From a virus (taxonomy: Duplodnaviria; Heunggongvirae; Uroviricota; Caudoviricetes), in the IMG/VR virus record IMGVR_UViG_3300027744_000008: a DNA stretch of 64,000 nt; one strand, given 5' to 3'. The notes under the pieces were generated by a model, which did no database searches, was not told the DNA's origin, and saw only the letters and a program-made list of their open reading frames with translations. The position numbers and the translations under genes were made by a program. Shown in pieces: positions 41,279 to 50,532 of this stretch. The first letter of the stretch is position 1, and every line of letters begins with the position of its first letter.

Positions 41279-42250
41279 ATGAGCCTAATAGTCGATACAG
41301 TTAGTCAATACTTACCTGCTAAAAGAAAACATACTCCCAGTGGTTGGATAAGTTTCAATGCGCCCTGTTGTGACGATCGTAGACAGCGTGGTGGATTTAT
41401 TGTTAATGCTGGTGAAGCTATATCGTATCACTGTTTTAACTGTCAATTTAAAGCAAGTTGGCAACCAGGCAGACCTATAACTGCAAAACTGAAGCAGTTA
41501 ATGAAATCTTTGCATATACCAGACGACGTTATAACTAAACTGTCCTTTGAAGCACTTAGACTTAAAGAAGACGGACCCAGTAAGATAGAAAATTTAGTGC
41601 CAACATTTTTACCTAGAGCACTGCCGCAGGATTCACATAGTTTAGATGCATGGTTAGGTATTATTGCTCCTGAACAAGAAGAAAGTTTTGCCAAGGTAGT
41701 TGAGTATGTTGTGAATAGGGGATACGATCCATTGAATCAACATTTCTATTGGACCCCAGGATTTGAAAACAGAGTCATACTGCCATTTATCTATCAAGGT
41801 CGTACTGTTGGTTATACTGCCCGTAAAATAACAGATGGTAATCCAAAGTACATCAGCGAACAACAACCCGGTTATGTTTTTAATCTAGACAATCAATTTG
41901 ATGATAGGAAGTATGTAATTGTTACAGAAGGTCCGTTTGATGCTATTAGTATAGGTGGTGTGGCATTACTGGGTGCAGAGATCAAAGCAGGACAACAAAT
42001 ACTAATCAATCAACTGCAACGTGAAGTTATACTAGTGCCCGATAGAGATCATGCAGGATTAGAAACTGTAGAACAGGCAATAAAACTGGGCTGGGCAGTG
42101 AGTATGCCAGACTGGGCACCTGGTGTTAAAGATGTTAATGATGCTGTTAAGTTTTATGGTAAACTCACTACGCTATGGATCATAATGAATAATAAATTAA
42201 ATACAGAGCTTAAAATTCGTTTAAGATTAAAAACTTGGATTAAAAAATGA
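41279..42250 (+). CDS. DNA primase (T4 gp61-like)
   Basis: Zn motif (PCC...HCFNC); TOPRIM motifs VTEGPFDA, PDRD and KDVND. Confidence 0.9.
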   Translation: MSLIVDTVSQYLPAKRKHTPSGWISFNAPCCDDRRQRGGFIVNAGEAISYHCFNCQFKASWQPGRPITAKLKQLMKSLHIPDDVITKLSFEALRLKEDGPSKIENLVPTFLPRALPQDSHSLDAWLGIIAPEQEESFAKVVEYVVNRGYDPLNQHFYWTPGFENRVILPFIYQGRTVGYTARKITDGNPKYISEQQPGYVFNLDNQFDDRKYVIVTEGPFDAISIGGVALLGAEIKAGQQILINQLQREVILVPDRDHAGLETVEQAIKLGWAVSMPDWAPGVKDVNDAVKFYGKLTTLWIIMNNKLNTELKIRLRLKTWIKK

Positions 42251-42357
42251 AACTTATAAAATTTATCGTTTGGCCCTATACATGGGTAAAAGAAAAGATC
42301 ATATTAAGAAGAAGGATGAAAGAATTACGGCGCCGTGATCCCTTCATTTACAAATGA
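42247..42357 (+). CDS. 36-aa basic peptide (MKLIKF...RRRDPFIYK)
   Basis: ATGA overlaps with both neighbouring genes. Confidence 0.6.
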   Translation: MKLIKFIVWPYTWVKEKIILRRRMKELRRRDPFIYK

Positions 42358-43844
42358 TTACTTGGGGTATTAGTGCCAATAGCCACGATGCCGCGTTGGC
42401 AGTATTTCATGACGAGCATATAGTATTTGCCAGCCACAGTGAAAGATTCAGTGGTAAGAAAAATGACGGGGATCTATGCAACGAGATGGTAAACTATGTC
42501 AAGACTAAATTTGGTGGCATGCCGGATCAAGTGATATGGTATGAGAATCCTTATTTAAAAACTCTGCGTCAACTACGTGCTGGCCAAGGATGGATGTGGC
42601 CAAAGAACAACATAAAACAGTACCTAAGAGATTATGGTATTATTGCTCCAATTAAGTATACTCGACATCATCATAGTCATGCGGCTGCTGGCTATTACAC
42701 TAGCGGATTTGACGAAGCTTGTGTGGTAGTTATAGATGCCATCGGCGAGTTTACCACATACAGTATATGGCGGGGGCAGGGTGATAAATTAAAATGCATC
42801 TACAACATAGGTTATCCTCATAGTCTTGGTTTATTCTACAGCGCCATGACACAGAGATGTTATCTTAAACCCAATGAAGAAGAATATATTTTAATGGGCA
42901 TGGCCGCCTATGGTGATGCTAATAAGTTTACAGGAATTATTCTAGACGAACTATTAGAATTGCCCAATGACGACCTACAGCATCCTTTTAGACTTAGACG
43001 TGACCTACACAGGGGCTGTATGGACTGGCGACCTGATCTGAATCTCAAGGATGTTTTTGATCTAGCAGCAGCAACACAGCAGGTATACGAAATGGCCTTT
43101 GATAGAATTCTATGCCAAGCATCTAAGTTAAGTCCCAGTAAAAATCTAGTGCTCATGGGAGGTTGTGCATTAAATTGTTCGGCTAACTATCTAACAGGCA
43201 GATACTTTGATCAAACTTGGATCATGCCCAATCCTGGTGACGCAGGCAGTGCTATTGGCGCTGTACTGGCACACAATCCCCAATGGTGTATGTATCCCAA
43301 AGACTTTACGCCATTCCTAGGCTACGACATGGGCATGGCACACTCTAATGAACAAATTGTTGATTATCTTGTATCAAATCAAATATGTGGCGTGGCCCGT
43401 GGTCCTGCAGAGTTTGGACCAAGAGCCTTGGGTAATAGAAGTTTGTTAGCAGATCCCCGTGGCAATGACATCAAGGATAAAGTAAATAAAATTAAACAAA
43501 GACAAGAATTTAGACCTTTTGCCCCGGCCATTCTAGAAGAACATGTTAATAATTATTTCAACATGCCACATGGATGGAAAGACAGCAGATATATGCAGGT
43601 AGTTGCTCGTTGCAAGCATCCCGATCTATATCCTGCGATTGTTCACAAAGATGGCACTAGTCGTGTGCAGACCGTGCCTGCCGACGGCAGTGCATTTAGA
43701 CTGCTGCTAGAAGCATGGTATGATCGCACTGGTTGCCCGATGTTGTTGAATACTAGTTTAAATATCAAAGGCAAGCCTATAGTGAACGATCATATAGATG
43801 CACGTAATTTCGAGTCACGCCATAAAATTAGAGTTTTTACCTGA
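42354..43844 (+). CDS. Carbamoyltransferase (NodU/CmcH family)
   Basis: HDAA, HHHSHAA, VIDAIGE, GGCALN, PGDAG, EFGPRALGNRS, RPFAP and LNTSLN motifs. Confidence 0.93.
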   Translation: MITWGISANSHDAALAVFHDEHIVFASHSERFSGKKNDGDLCNEMVNYVKTKFGGMPDQVIWYENPYLKTLRQLRAGQGWMWPKNNIKQYLRDYGIIAPIKYTRHHHSHAAAGYYTSGFDEACVVVIDAIGEFTTYSIWRGQGDKLKCIYNIGYPHSLGLFYSAMTQRCYLKPNEEEYILMGMAAYGDANKFTGIILDELLELPNDDLQHPFRLRRDLHRGCMDWRPDLNLKDVFDLAAATQQVYEMAFDRILCQASKLSPSKNLVLMGGCALNCSANYLTGRYFDQTWIMPNPGDAGSAIGAVLAHNPQWCMYPKDFTPFLGYDMGMAHSNEQIVDYLVSNQICGVARGPAEFGPRALGNRSLLADPRGNDIKDKVNKIKQRQEFRPFAPAILEEHVNNYFNMPHGWKDSRYMQVVARCKHPDLYPAIVHKDGTSRVQTVPADGSAFRLLLEAWYDRTGCPMLLNTSLNIKGKPIVNDHIDARNFESRHKIRVFT

Positions 43845-43863
43845 TAGGTAGTATAATATAAGA

Positions 43864-45279
43864 ATGACAAAACAGAATATAGATTATGGGTTTGATATAC
43901 AAAAAGTATATCTAGAGATGATGTTAGGAGATGCGGCCACGTTTGTTCGTTGTCAAAATATTTTTGATGCAGAGTTATTTGATCGTAGACTACAGGCGCC
44001 GGCAAAATTTTTAAATGAATATGTCACTGAGCATTCGATCATGCCTACATCTGACATTATCAATGCAGCCACTGGTAGCACATTAAAGCCAGCAGAGGAT
44101 CTTAGAGAAGAACACTATAATTGGCTGTTAACAGATTTTGAAACTTTTATTCGACACAAGGGACTTGAGCGAGCTATTTTAGAATCAGCCGACTTACTTG
44201 AAAAAGGTGAGTATGGACCCGTAGAAGATAAGATTAAGAGGGCCGTGCAAGTTGGTCTAAACAAGGACATGGGTACAGATTACTTTGAAGATCCTCGTGC
44301 TCGACTAATGAAGATCAAAGATAAGAATGGCCAGGTCAGCACTGGTTGGAAAAGTGTAGACGACAAATTATTCGGGGGCATGAACCGCGGAGAGCTTAAC
44401 ATATTTGCCGGAGGTTCGGGCGCAGGTAAAAGTTTATTCCTAGCAAATCTAGGAGTGAATTGGGCACTAGCAGGAATGAATGTATTGTATCTAACACTTG
44501 AGCTCTCAGAAGAACTTGTGAGTATGCGAGTGGATTCAATGGTAACAGGTGTGCCTACTAGAGAAATTTTCAAGAACATTGACGATGTTGAGATGAAGGT
44601 CAAGATGATAGGCAAGAAATCGGGAACCTATCAAATCAAATACATGCCCTCTGGTAAAACTGCCAATGATATTCGTGCCTATATGAAAGAGTATGAAATA
44701 AAAATGGACCGTAAGATCGATGTGCTACTTGTAGACTATCTGGACTTGTTAATGCCTGTCAGTGCCAAAATATCAGCGGAAAATTTGTTCATCAAAGACA
44801 AGTATGTGAGTGAAGAACTTAGAAATCTAGCCATGGAAAAGAAGTGTGTGTTTGTTACAGCGGCGCAGTTGAATCGTGGAGCAGTTGAAGAAGTTGAGTT
44901 TGATCACAGCCACATTAGTGGGGGATTAAGTAAGATTCAAACAGCAGATAATGTGTTTGGTATCTTTACCAGTCGTGCTATGCGTGAACATGGACGCTAT
45001 CAAATACAGTTAATGAAAACACGTAGTTCAAGCGGTGTAGGCATGAAGATTGACTTAGAATTTAACATTGATACCCTGCGTATTACAGATTTAGAAGAAG
45101 CAGATGACGGACGTCCTGCCAGCAGAGGCAGTTCAATCATGGATTCAATTAGACAAAAAAGCAATGTAGAACGTGCTCCTGATCCAGAAGACGGTGCCAC
45201 AGTTAAGACTGTTAAACCACAGGTAGAAAGTAGTAAACTACGTCAACTGCTGGGAAACTTACCACAGGGGTTGCCCTAA
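43864..45279 (+). CDS. Replicative DnaB-like helicase (T4 gp41-like)
   Basis: GGSGAGKS, TLELSE, VDYLDL, AAQLNR and KTR motifs. Confidence 0.93.
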   Translation: MTKQNIDYGFDIQKVYLEMMLGDAATFVRCQNIFDAELFDRRLQAPAKFLNEYVTEHSIMPTSDIINAATGSTLKPAEDLREEHYNWLLTDFETFIRHKGLERAILESADLLEKGEYGPVEDKIKRAVQVGLNKDMGTDYFEDPRARLMKIKDKNGQVSTGWKSVDDKLFGGMNRGELNIFAGGSGAGKSLFLANLGVNWALAGMNVLYLTLELSEELVSMRVDSMVTGVPTREIFKNIDDVEMKVKMIGKKSGTYQIKYMPSGKTANDIRAYMKEYEIKMDRKIDVLLVDYLDLLMPVSAKISAENLFIKDKYVSEELRNLAMEKKCVFVTAAQLNRGAVEEVEFDHSHISGGLSKIQTADNVFGIFTSRAMREHGRYQIQLMKTRSSSGVGMKIDLEFNIDTLRITDLEEADDGRPASRGSSIMDSIRQKSNVERAPDPEDGATVKTVKPQVESSKLRQLLGNLPQGLP

Positions 45280-45296
45280 GCTAGTATAAATACACT

Positions 45297-45623
45297 ATGG
45301 CCATTCATAACACCCTAGTCCCAACTCCAAATGCGGCAATTTATACTAGCACAGACTCTACTGCGGTAACAGCAGTCTATTTCTGTAATAATACTGCGAC
45401 TAATCCAGTTACACTGAATGTATACGTAGCACCCATGGGTACTACTGTACCAGTAGGTGTAATGTATCAAATAGCACAGAATGTCTCCTTGATTGCAGGT
45501 GAAACTTGGCAGCTCAGTGATGCCAACGGTAATGGGGTGAAGTTGGTGCTAAACAACGGTGATTTCATTGCTGCGGACTGTGATGACGATATTGCAGTCA
45601 CAGTGGTCTACGTGGGCGTTTAA
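45297..45623 (+). CDS. Small putative virion protein
   Basis: TATAAATA 4 nt upstream of the ATG; beta-rich. Confidence 0.6.
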   Translation: MAIHNTLVPTPNAAIYTSTDSTAVTAVYFCNNTATNPVTLNVYVAPMGTTVPVGVMYQIAQNVSLIAGETWQLSDANGNGVKLVLNNGDFIAADCDDDIAVTVVYVGV

Positions 45624-46150
45624 CGTTTACTTAACACAATCTTAAGCAGATCTTTGTAGGTAAATTCATCAAGCTCTTGTTCAAAGTGCAGAGTAAAAAT
45701 AAACCTATCTTCATCCCAATTAAAAACACTATGCTCTATTTGAGTATTTAGACACATATAATGTGTGTTGGTATAGGCCACGGGCACTATGGGATACATC
45801 TGATGTATCTGCTCACTGGGGCTATGCCTAAACAGACAACAACTGCGATCAGGATCAGTTAATAAAAGATTGAGACTACAGCCCCTTTGATAGTCAGTAT
45901 GCCAATCATAGGTAGTCCACGGTGCCATGCGTAGTATACCCCCGCTAAATGGCGCCTTTGTTCTAAGCCAAACAAGAAATGGATCTTGATCCAGTATTTC
46001 ATCGGGTACATTTAGAGCAGCATCCCAATGAGGTTCTTCAAATGCCAAAGGGGTCCAGTGAGCTAGATTTCGATTAGTCTGTATAAACTCATTGAGATCG
46101 TTGACTATTGTACTAGGTTCATGGACAGTGTAATAGAACGAAGGGGTCAT
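45620..46150 (-). CDS. Putative 2OG-Fe(II)/cupin oxygenase-like protein
   Basis: WHTD...HSVFN...R pattern (HxD...H). Confidence 0.6.
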   Translation of the reverse strand: MTPSFYYTVHEPSTIVNDLNEFIQTNRNLAHWTPLAFEEPHWDAALNVPDEILDQDPFLVWLRTKAPFSGGILRMAPWTTYDWHTDYQRGCSLNLLLTDPDRSCCLFRHSPSEQIHQMYPIVPVAYTNTHYMCLNTQIEHSVFNWDEDRFIFTLHFEQELDEFTYKDLLKIVLSKR

Positions 46151-47001
46151 TCAAGTCCCAGTTCACGCTGTTGTCTAGTGTGTAGAACTTTAGGATAGCG
46201 TCCCCTGATAAATGGTTGGGCCTTGATCTGACGTAGAGGATCATACTTTTCACCAATGGGTAGGCCAATCTTATCACGGCGCAGGTCAAACATATAGATC
46301 AATCTGCGGGCATTGCTGTAATTATGGGCACTGTGGACCAATTGATTATCAAAGGCCCAAATATCTTGCCAGTCAATTTCCACCCCTTCACACTCAAAGA
46401 AAATATCACCCTGGGGTATGATCAAGGGTATGTGTATGCGGATAAACTCGTTGTCTCTGTTCTCGGGTCCTGTATGTCGTTCAATGACATTACCGGGCTC
46501 TATGCAACTGTAGGCTGAGCTTGGGCAGTCATCACCCCATTTCTTAGTCAGGGCCACGGCTGTGGGAAAATGTTTGGAAACTAGGGGATCATCTTTGAAA
46601 CGATTACTGAAAATTTTCTTTTCTTTCCAAGTGTACTTGACATTTTCAACGATCCAAGTTTCTAGACCACTCATGATATTGGCAGTGTCAAATATGGGAT
46701 TTTTATAGGGACGTAGTTTTGTGGGTATACTAATGTCCATAAACTCATGATGATAGGTTAGAAACTCTTCTACAAGTTTTGGTACCAGAGACATGAGTTC
46801 ATCGGCTATGGCTATCTCTTCTCGTAGCCAATAGGCTTTGATTTCTTTATGTTCATGTCGTTTAATATGTGCCGTGGGACTTGAAGTATAGAATATAGTT
46901 CCGGGCCTGCCCTCCCAGGTAAATGTGCCGCCATCGGGATCATCGGGGTGAGTAGACTCCCGTAGAGCCCGTGCTTCGTTCCATGCTTCTATATAGGTCA
47001 A
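46147..47001 (-). CDS. Aspartyl/asparaginyl beta-hydroxylase family 2OG-Fe(II) oxygenase
   Basis: IEPGNVIERHTG...IRIHIPLIIP...FDNQLVHSAHN...RLIYMFD. Confidence 0.85.
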   Translation of the reverse strand: MTYIEAWNEARALRESTHPDDPDGGTFTWEGRPGTIFYTSSPTAHIKRHEHKEIKAYWLREEIAIADELMSLVPKLVEEFLTYHHEFMDISIPTKLRPYKNPIFDTANIMSGLETWIVENVKYTWKEKKIFSNRFKDDPLVSKHFPTAVALTKKWGDDCPSSAYSCIEPGNVIERHTGPENRDNEFIRIHIPLIIPQGDIFFECEGVEIDWQDIWAFDNQLVHSAHNYSNARRLIYMFDLRRDKIGLPIGEKYDPLRQIKAQPFIRGRYPKVLHTRQQRELGLE

Positions 47002-47024
47002 TTGATAAACTCCACTACTTAACG

Positions 47025-47498
47025 TTATCGCTTGGTAGTATATGACTTGTTAGGAGGTTTATTGTAGGTAGCGTTGAATCCACCACTGTTAGGATCTGGA
47101 TAGTATGTACCTGGCATCATGTCTGCTTCTGGTTCATCCCGGGCACTGGTTCCACCTGAACTGGCATATGCATTGGGTTTGGGCTGTGGAGCAGGTGGTG
47201 GTTTTGGCTTATCCTTGACCACGTAATCTTTGCACTGGCACCATTTGAATCTTTTGAGTCCGGCTTTGACTGCCATGGCATAGGCAATTTTGAATGTGGG
47301 CGCATGTTCAATTTGTTTCAGTACATCAGGTGATGCTGCATTTGGTGTACTGGTGTCCGGACCCTGTGTGGTAGTGCCTGTAGGACCATCTGCAGTCGTG
47401 CTGACAAAGTCATCGTCTGCTTCAAGCACAGGTTCTGATGGATTGATTGCCTCCAGCTTGGCTACTAGTGCGCGGTATTGTTCTGCTGTTGTGATCAT
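47025..47498 (-). CDS. Hypothetical Pro-rich protein
   Basis: ORF; reverse-strand TAAATA at ~47524. Confidence 0.6.
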   Translation of the reverse strand: MITTAEQYRALVAKLEAINPSEPVLEADDDFVSTTADGPTGTTTQGPDTSTPNAASPDVLKQIEHAPTFKIAYAMAVKAGLKRFKWCQCKDYVVKDKPKPPPAPQPKPNAYASSGGTSARDEPEADMMPGTYYPDPNSGGFNATYNKPPNKSYTTKR

Positions 47499-47527
47499 AG
47501 TGATAAGTCCATAAATTAGTTATATAT

Positions 47528-47737
47528 TTAGTTATTAAGCAAGGGATCCTCTAGGTACTCATGACGGACTTTGACCAACTCCTGATCATGAGCATAGACC
47601 ACTAGGGGCGCTAGATACAGGGGATCCTGGACAAAGTCTCGATGACGGCTCCAATGTGTGCTGGGCCAATACTGCCGATCAGCCAGTGAGTAGAGTGCAG
47701 CCACGCCAAGATGAGCCTTTTGATTATCGGTGAACAT
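47528..47737 (-). CDS. Hypothetical protein (MFTDNQK...)
   Basis: Reverse-strand TAAATA 4 nt upstream of the ATG at 47737. Confidence 0.5.
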   Translation of the reverse strand: MFTDNQKAHLGVAALYSLADRQYWPSTHWSRHRDFVQDPLYLAPLVVYAHDQELVKVRHEYLEDPLLNN

Positions 47738-47845
47738 AGTGTATTTAACGCGAAGCGGCAGCAAAAATTTGCTACGAAGTAGCAGAACGGTAAAAGAGAT
47801 TAGTCCAGCTTAAACTGCCCAGATAAATATGCTAAAGGATCAATC

Positions 47846-48481
47846 ATGAGTTTTCTAATAGCCAACCTAGCCCCTGTACACTGCTATGTACGCAGAGAGT
47901 TTTTATATGACTTTAAACAGGGACAGGGTGAATATGAGCCCTGTATATGGGTATCAATAAAGAGTCTGCGTAGTCAAGCATTCCGTATAGAAAGCTACTT
48001 GCCCAGATACGGTGCCTTATATGATAAACTGCCCTTACACGCTTATGTGAGCAGAAACACTGACTTAGATACTGAAGGATTTCTAACTCTGGATACCTTG
48101 CAAATATGGGACTGTATGAGCTATGACATTGCAGTACTACAGAAAGCATTCCTACGTAATCTCAGCTGTGAGTTCTATGCTAAAGATCAACAACTGCACA
48201 GGGGCAACTATATGTTCACTGTGGACAATGCCAGTCCAGATCTTAACACCTTAGATACCAGCTACAGTGAATGGCCCGAAGATCACAAGAGCTTTAACTT
48301 CATTGAGTTGAACAATGGACAGTATGCGGCACAGCCCAATAACCGTTGTAGATTCTTTGACGCTGCGAGTAATCCCAAGGAAATGCTGCATCCAGACTTT
48401 AAAGTGGCCACTGATAAATGGGTAGTGGAAACAAACCCTAAATGGCGCCTGGGGGACAGTGATCGTGTGATGTACGATTGA
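47846..48481 (+). CDS. Conserved-type hypothetical phage protein
   Basis: AAGGA RBS and TAAATA upstream; YGALYDKLP, QIWDC and AQPNNR motifs. Confidence 0.75.
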   Translation: MSFLIANLAPVHCYVRREFLYDFKQGQGEYEPCIWVSIKSLRSQAFRIESYLPRYGALYDKLPLHAYVSRNTDLDTEGFLTLDTLQIWDCMSYDIAVLQKAFLRNLSCEFYAKDQQLHRGNYMFTVDNASPDLNTLDTSYSEWPEDHKSFNFIELNNGQYAAQPNNRCRFFDAASNPKEMLHPDFKVATDKWVVETNPKWRLGDSDRVMYD

Positions 48482-48493
48482 TCAGTGACTAGT

Positions 48494-48754
48494 TTAGCCA
48501 TTAAGACCACAGACAGCACTGCCTGTGCCCGTGATCCAACAAGGCAAATGTGTGCGACTCGTCATACCGAAATGCTCAGCGCCCACGTAAAAATCAGGGA
48601 ACCGCGTTGATATATTGCGGCCTCCTCTAATTACCAGTCTACGATCCTTGTACATGACCACCCGGTCCTTGCCAGTATTGGGCACAAGTTCTAATTCTGG
48701 AATTTGGCCTTTGGTTGGATTCCAACCATCTGATAATAATTCATTTATACGCAT
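48494..48754 (-). CDS. Hypothetical protein (MRINELL...)
   Basis: AGGA RBS. Confidence 0.5.
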   Translation of the reverse strand: MRINELLSDGWNPTKGQIPELELVPNTGKDRVVMYKDRRLVIRGGRNISTRFPDFYVGAEHFGMTSRTHLPCWITGTGSAVCGLNG

Positions 48755-48786
48755 AATAGTTTTCCTAACGTGTGATGTACGATTGA

Positions 48787-49353
48787 CTAGCCTATATTAC
48801 CCTGCTGAACTGAGTTATAGTCAGGCAGAGTAGCAGCCACTAGCTCTACCAGCTGACTGTCAGTGGCCCATGGATTTAGCTTATAGAGTAGACCGGGCGC
48901 AACATCCCCTTTTAAAAACAAGATCTTGCCTGCTGGCATGGCCAAAGCCCGAGCCATGTACTCCCAACCTGATTCCGCTGCTAGATCCTGTGCGGCATTG
49001 TCCCGGCCAGTGTAGGCAGGGCCAGTTAGGCCCTTGACTGAACTGACTAGTCGTGCAAATGGAGTATTATTTCTCATGGTGCCAATGGCATTGGGATCAG
49101 CGGGTTGACTGGTAATATTTGACACTATACTGCCCACATCTTTGTAGCGGGCCCGGAGCTGTTCAGCTGTGGGAGTTACCAGTGGTGGAAGAGCTGTGGC
49201 TTCGGGTTTGCGGGCCTGTGCAGCCTGTGCATGTTGATCGTATGTGCCGTATTTTTCAGCGTCACGATCCTGCTGATCAGCATGGGGACCCGGGGGGACA
49301 AGATCGGGAGCTTCTATAATGTCAATATATTTTCTAAAAAATTGTGAATCCAT
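48787..49353 (-). CDS. Hypothetical protein
   Basis: GAGG RBS and reverse-strand TAAATA at 49372. Confidence 0.65.
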   Translation of the reverse strand: MDSQFFRKYIDIIEAPDLVPPGPHADQQDRDAEKYGTYDQHAQAAQARKPEATALPPLVTPTAEQLRARYKDVGSIVSNITSQPADPNAIGTMRNNTPFARLVSSVKGLTGPAYTGRDNAAQDLAAESGWEYMARALAMPAGKILFLKGDVAPGLLYKLNPWATDSQLVELVAATLPDYNSVQQGNIG

Positions 49354-49541
49354 GCTGTGACCTCTTTAGAATATTTATGCCCGAAATGGGTCCTGCACTC
49401 TAAAAAAATAGCCGCGTAAAAAATTATAGGGAAGTACTTATGCTTTCATCCTGGTGATTTTGCACATATGGGTGGGGCTTTAGCTTGCTGTTGTATAAAA
49501 TAGATTTTTAATTTGTATACCCCACCCCCACCATCTCTCAT

Positions 49542-49588
49542 AAAAAATCCCCTGACCACCGGGAGCGAATCGGATTTATGGTCAGGGG
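49542..49588 (-). terminator. Rho-independent terminator of the early region, with anti-RBS loop
   Basis: Minus strand reads CCCCTGACCA-TAAAT-CCG-ATTCGCTCC-CGG-TGGTCAGGGG-ATTTTTT. Confidence 0.8.
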
Positions 49589-49625
49589 CAACACTAAGTA
49601 GTCTTTGTCTAGTTCTGGGAGCGAA

Positions 49626-50492
49626 TCAGCTTCGACGCATACAACTTACCTCGGCAACTCTCTCCCAACGATCGGGAAAGCTCTGCCTAAGATCGGCTAG
49701 CTTGAGCACCATGCGTAGTGATAGCTCGCGTAGCTTCTTCTTATTAGTATCAATGAATGCCAGCAGCTCTGAGACTGCACCTTCAGGGTTATCAAACTCA
49801 TACTTGTCCAGCATGCCGTCCTCTACGATCTGACGGATGCGAAGTATCTTCTCACGCTCTGTATCAATGGTCAAGTCTAGATAGTGGCAGCGGCTTTCCA
49901 GCGCATCCAAGTGATCTTTCAGCTTCTTGCTTTTCACATGCTCGAACTTGATGTTGGTGATAAAGATAGCACCGCCCCGGAACTCGAACTTATTGGGTAT
50001 GCCTTCACGATCAAGTACGTGACTGTCAGTGTTCCAATGTATCATACGCTTGTCTGAGCTGTCTAGAGCAGCCTTGAGTATGTTAAGACTCAAGTCATCT
50101 AAGAGCACACTGTCACAGTCATCGAACACTAAGACACACTTGCGATCACTGTACTCGTAGAGTTTACGGTACAGGCCCAATGCTGACATCGCGCCCTTGA
50201 CCACTTCGTACTTCTTCAGCTTCTCGTCGTTGGCTATGTCTGCCAGTAGATCGTGCCTGCTGAGCACATGCTCAACACCATAGCTCTTGCCCACACCTGG
50301 AGGGCCTGTGACAATCATGGCACGAACCTTGCCACTCTTAGCAGCCTTGGTCATGTCCTCAAGTATTTGGAAACGTTCTCTCAGTCGCTCTTTGATCTCG
50401 TCATCAGTCTCTGTGATGACCTTGTTTGTTGTGACCTGTGCTAGACTCTTTACAGTGCCCTTTGAGGGCAAGTTATCCACTTTAAATACCAT
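49626..50492 (-). CDS. AAA+ family ATPase
   Basis: GPPGVGKS, LVFDDCD, FITN and ALESR motifs. Confidence 0.88.
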   Translation of the reverse strand: MVFKVDNLPSKGTVKSLAQVTTNKVITETDDEIKERLRERFQILEDMTKAAKSGKVRAMIVTGPPGVGKSYGVEHVLSRHDLLADIANDEKLKKYEVVKGAMSALGLYRKLYEYSDRKCVLVFDDCDSVLLDDLSLNILKAALDSSDKRMIHWNTDSHVLDREGIPNKFEFRGGAIFITNIKFEHVKSKKLKDHLDALESRCHYLDLTIDTEREKILRIRQIVEDGMLDKYEFDNPEGAVSELLAFIDTNKKKLRELSLRMVLKLADLRQSFPDRWERVAEVSCMRRS

Positions 50493-50532
50493 GTTCGCTC
50501 CTTGCTGTTTAAAAGTGTATTGTAACAGATAT

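Noticed and set aside
26687-45279. Introns or inteins in terminase, UvsX, helicases or primase
   Set aside because: All have normal lengths with contiguous motifs.
50473-50481. Lone DnaA-box-like TTATCCACT
   Set aside because: Single mismatched copy inside a coding sequence.
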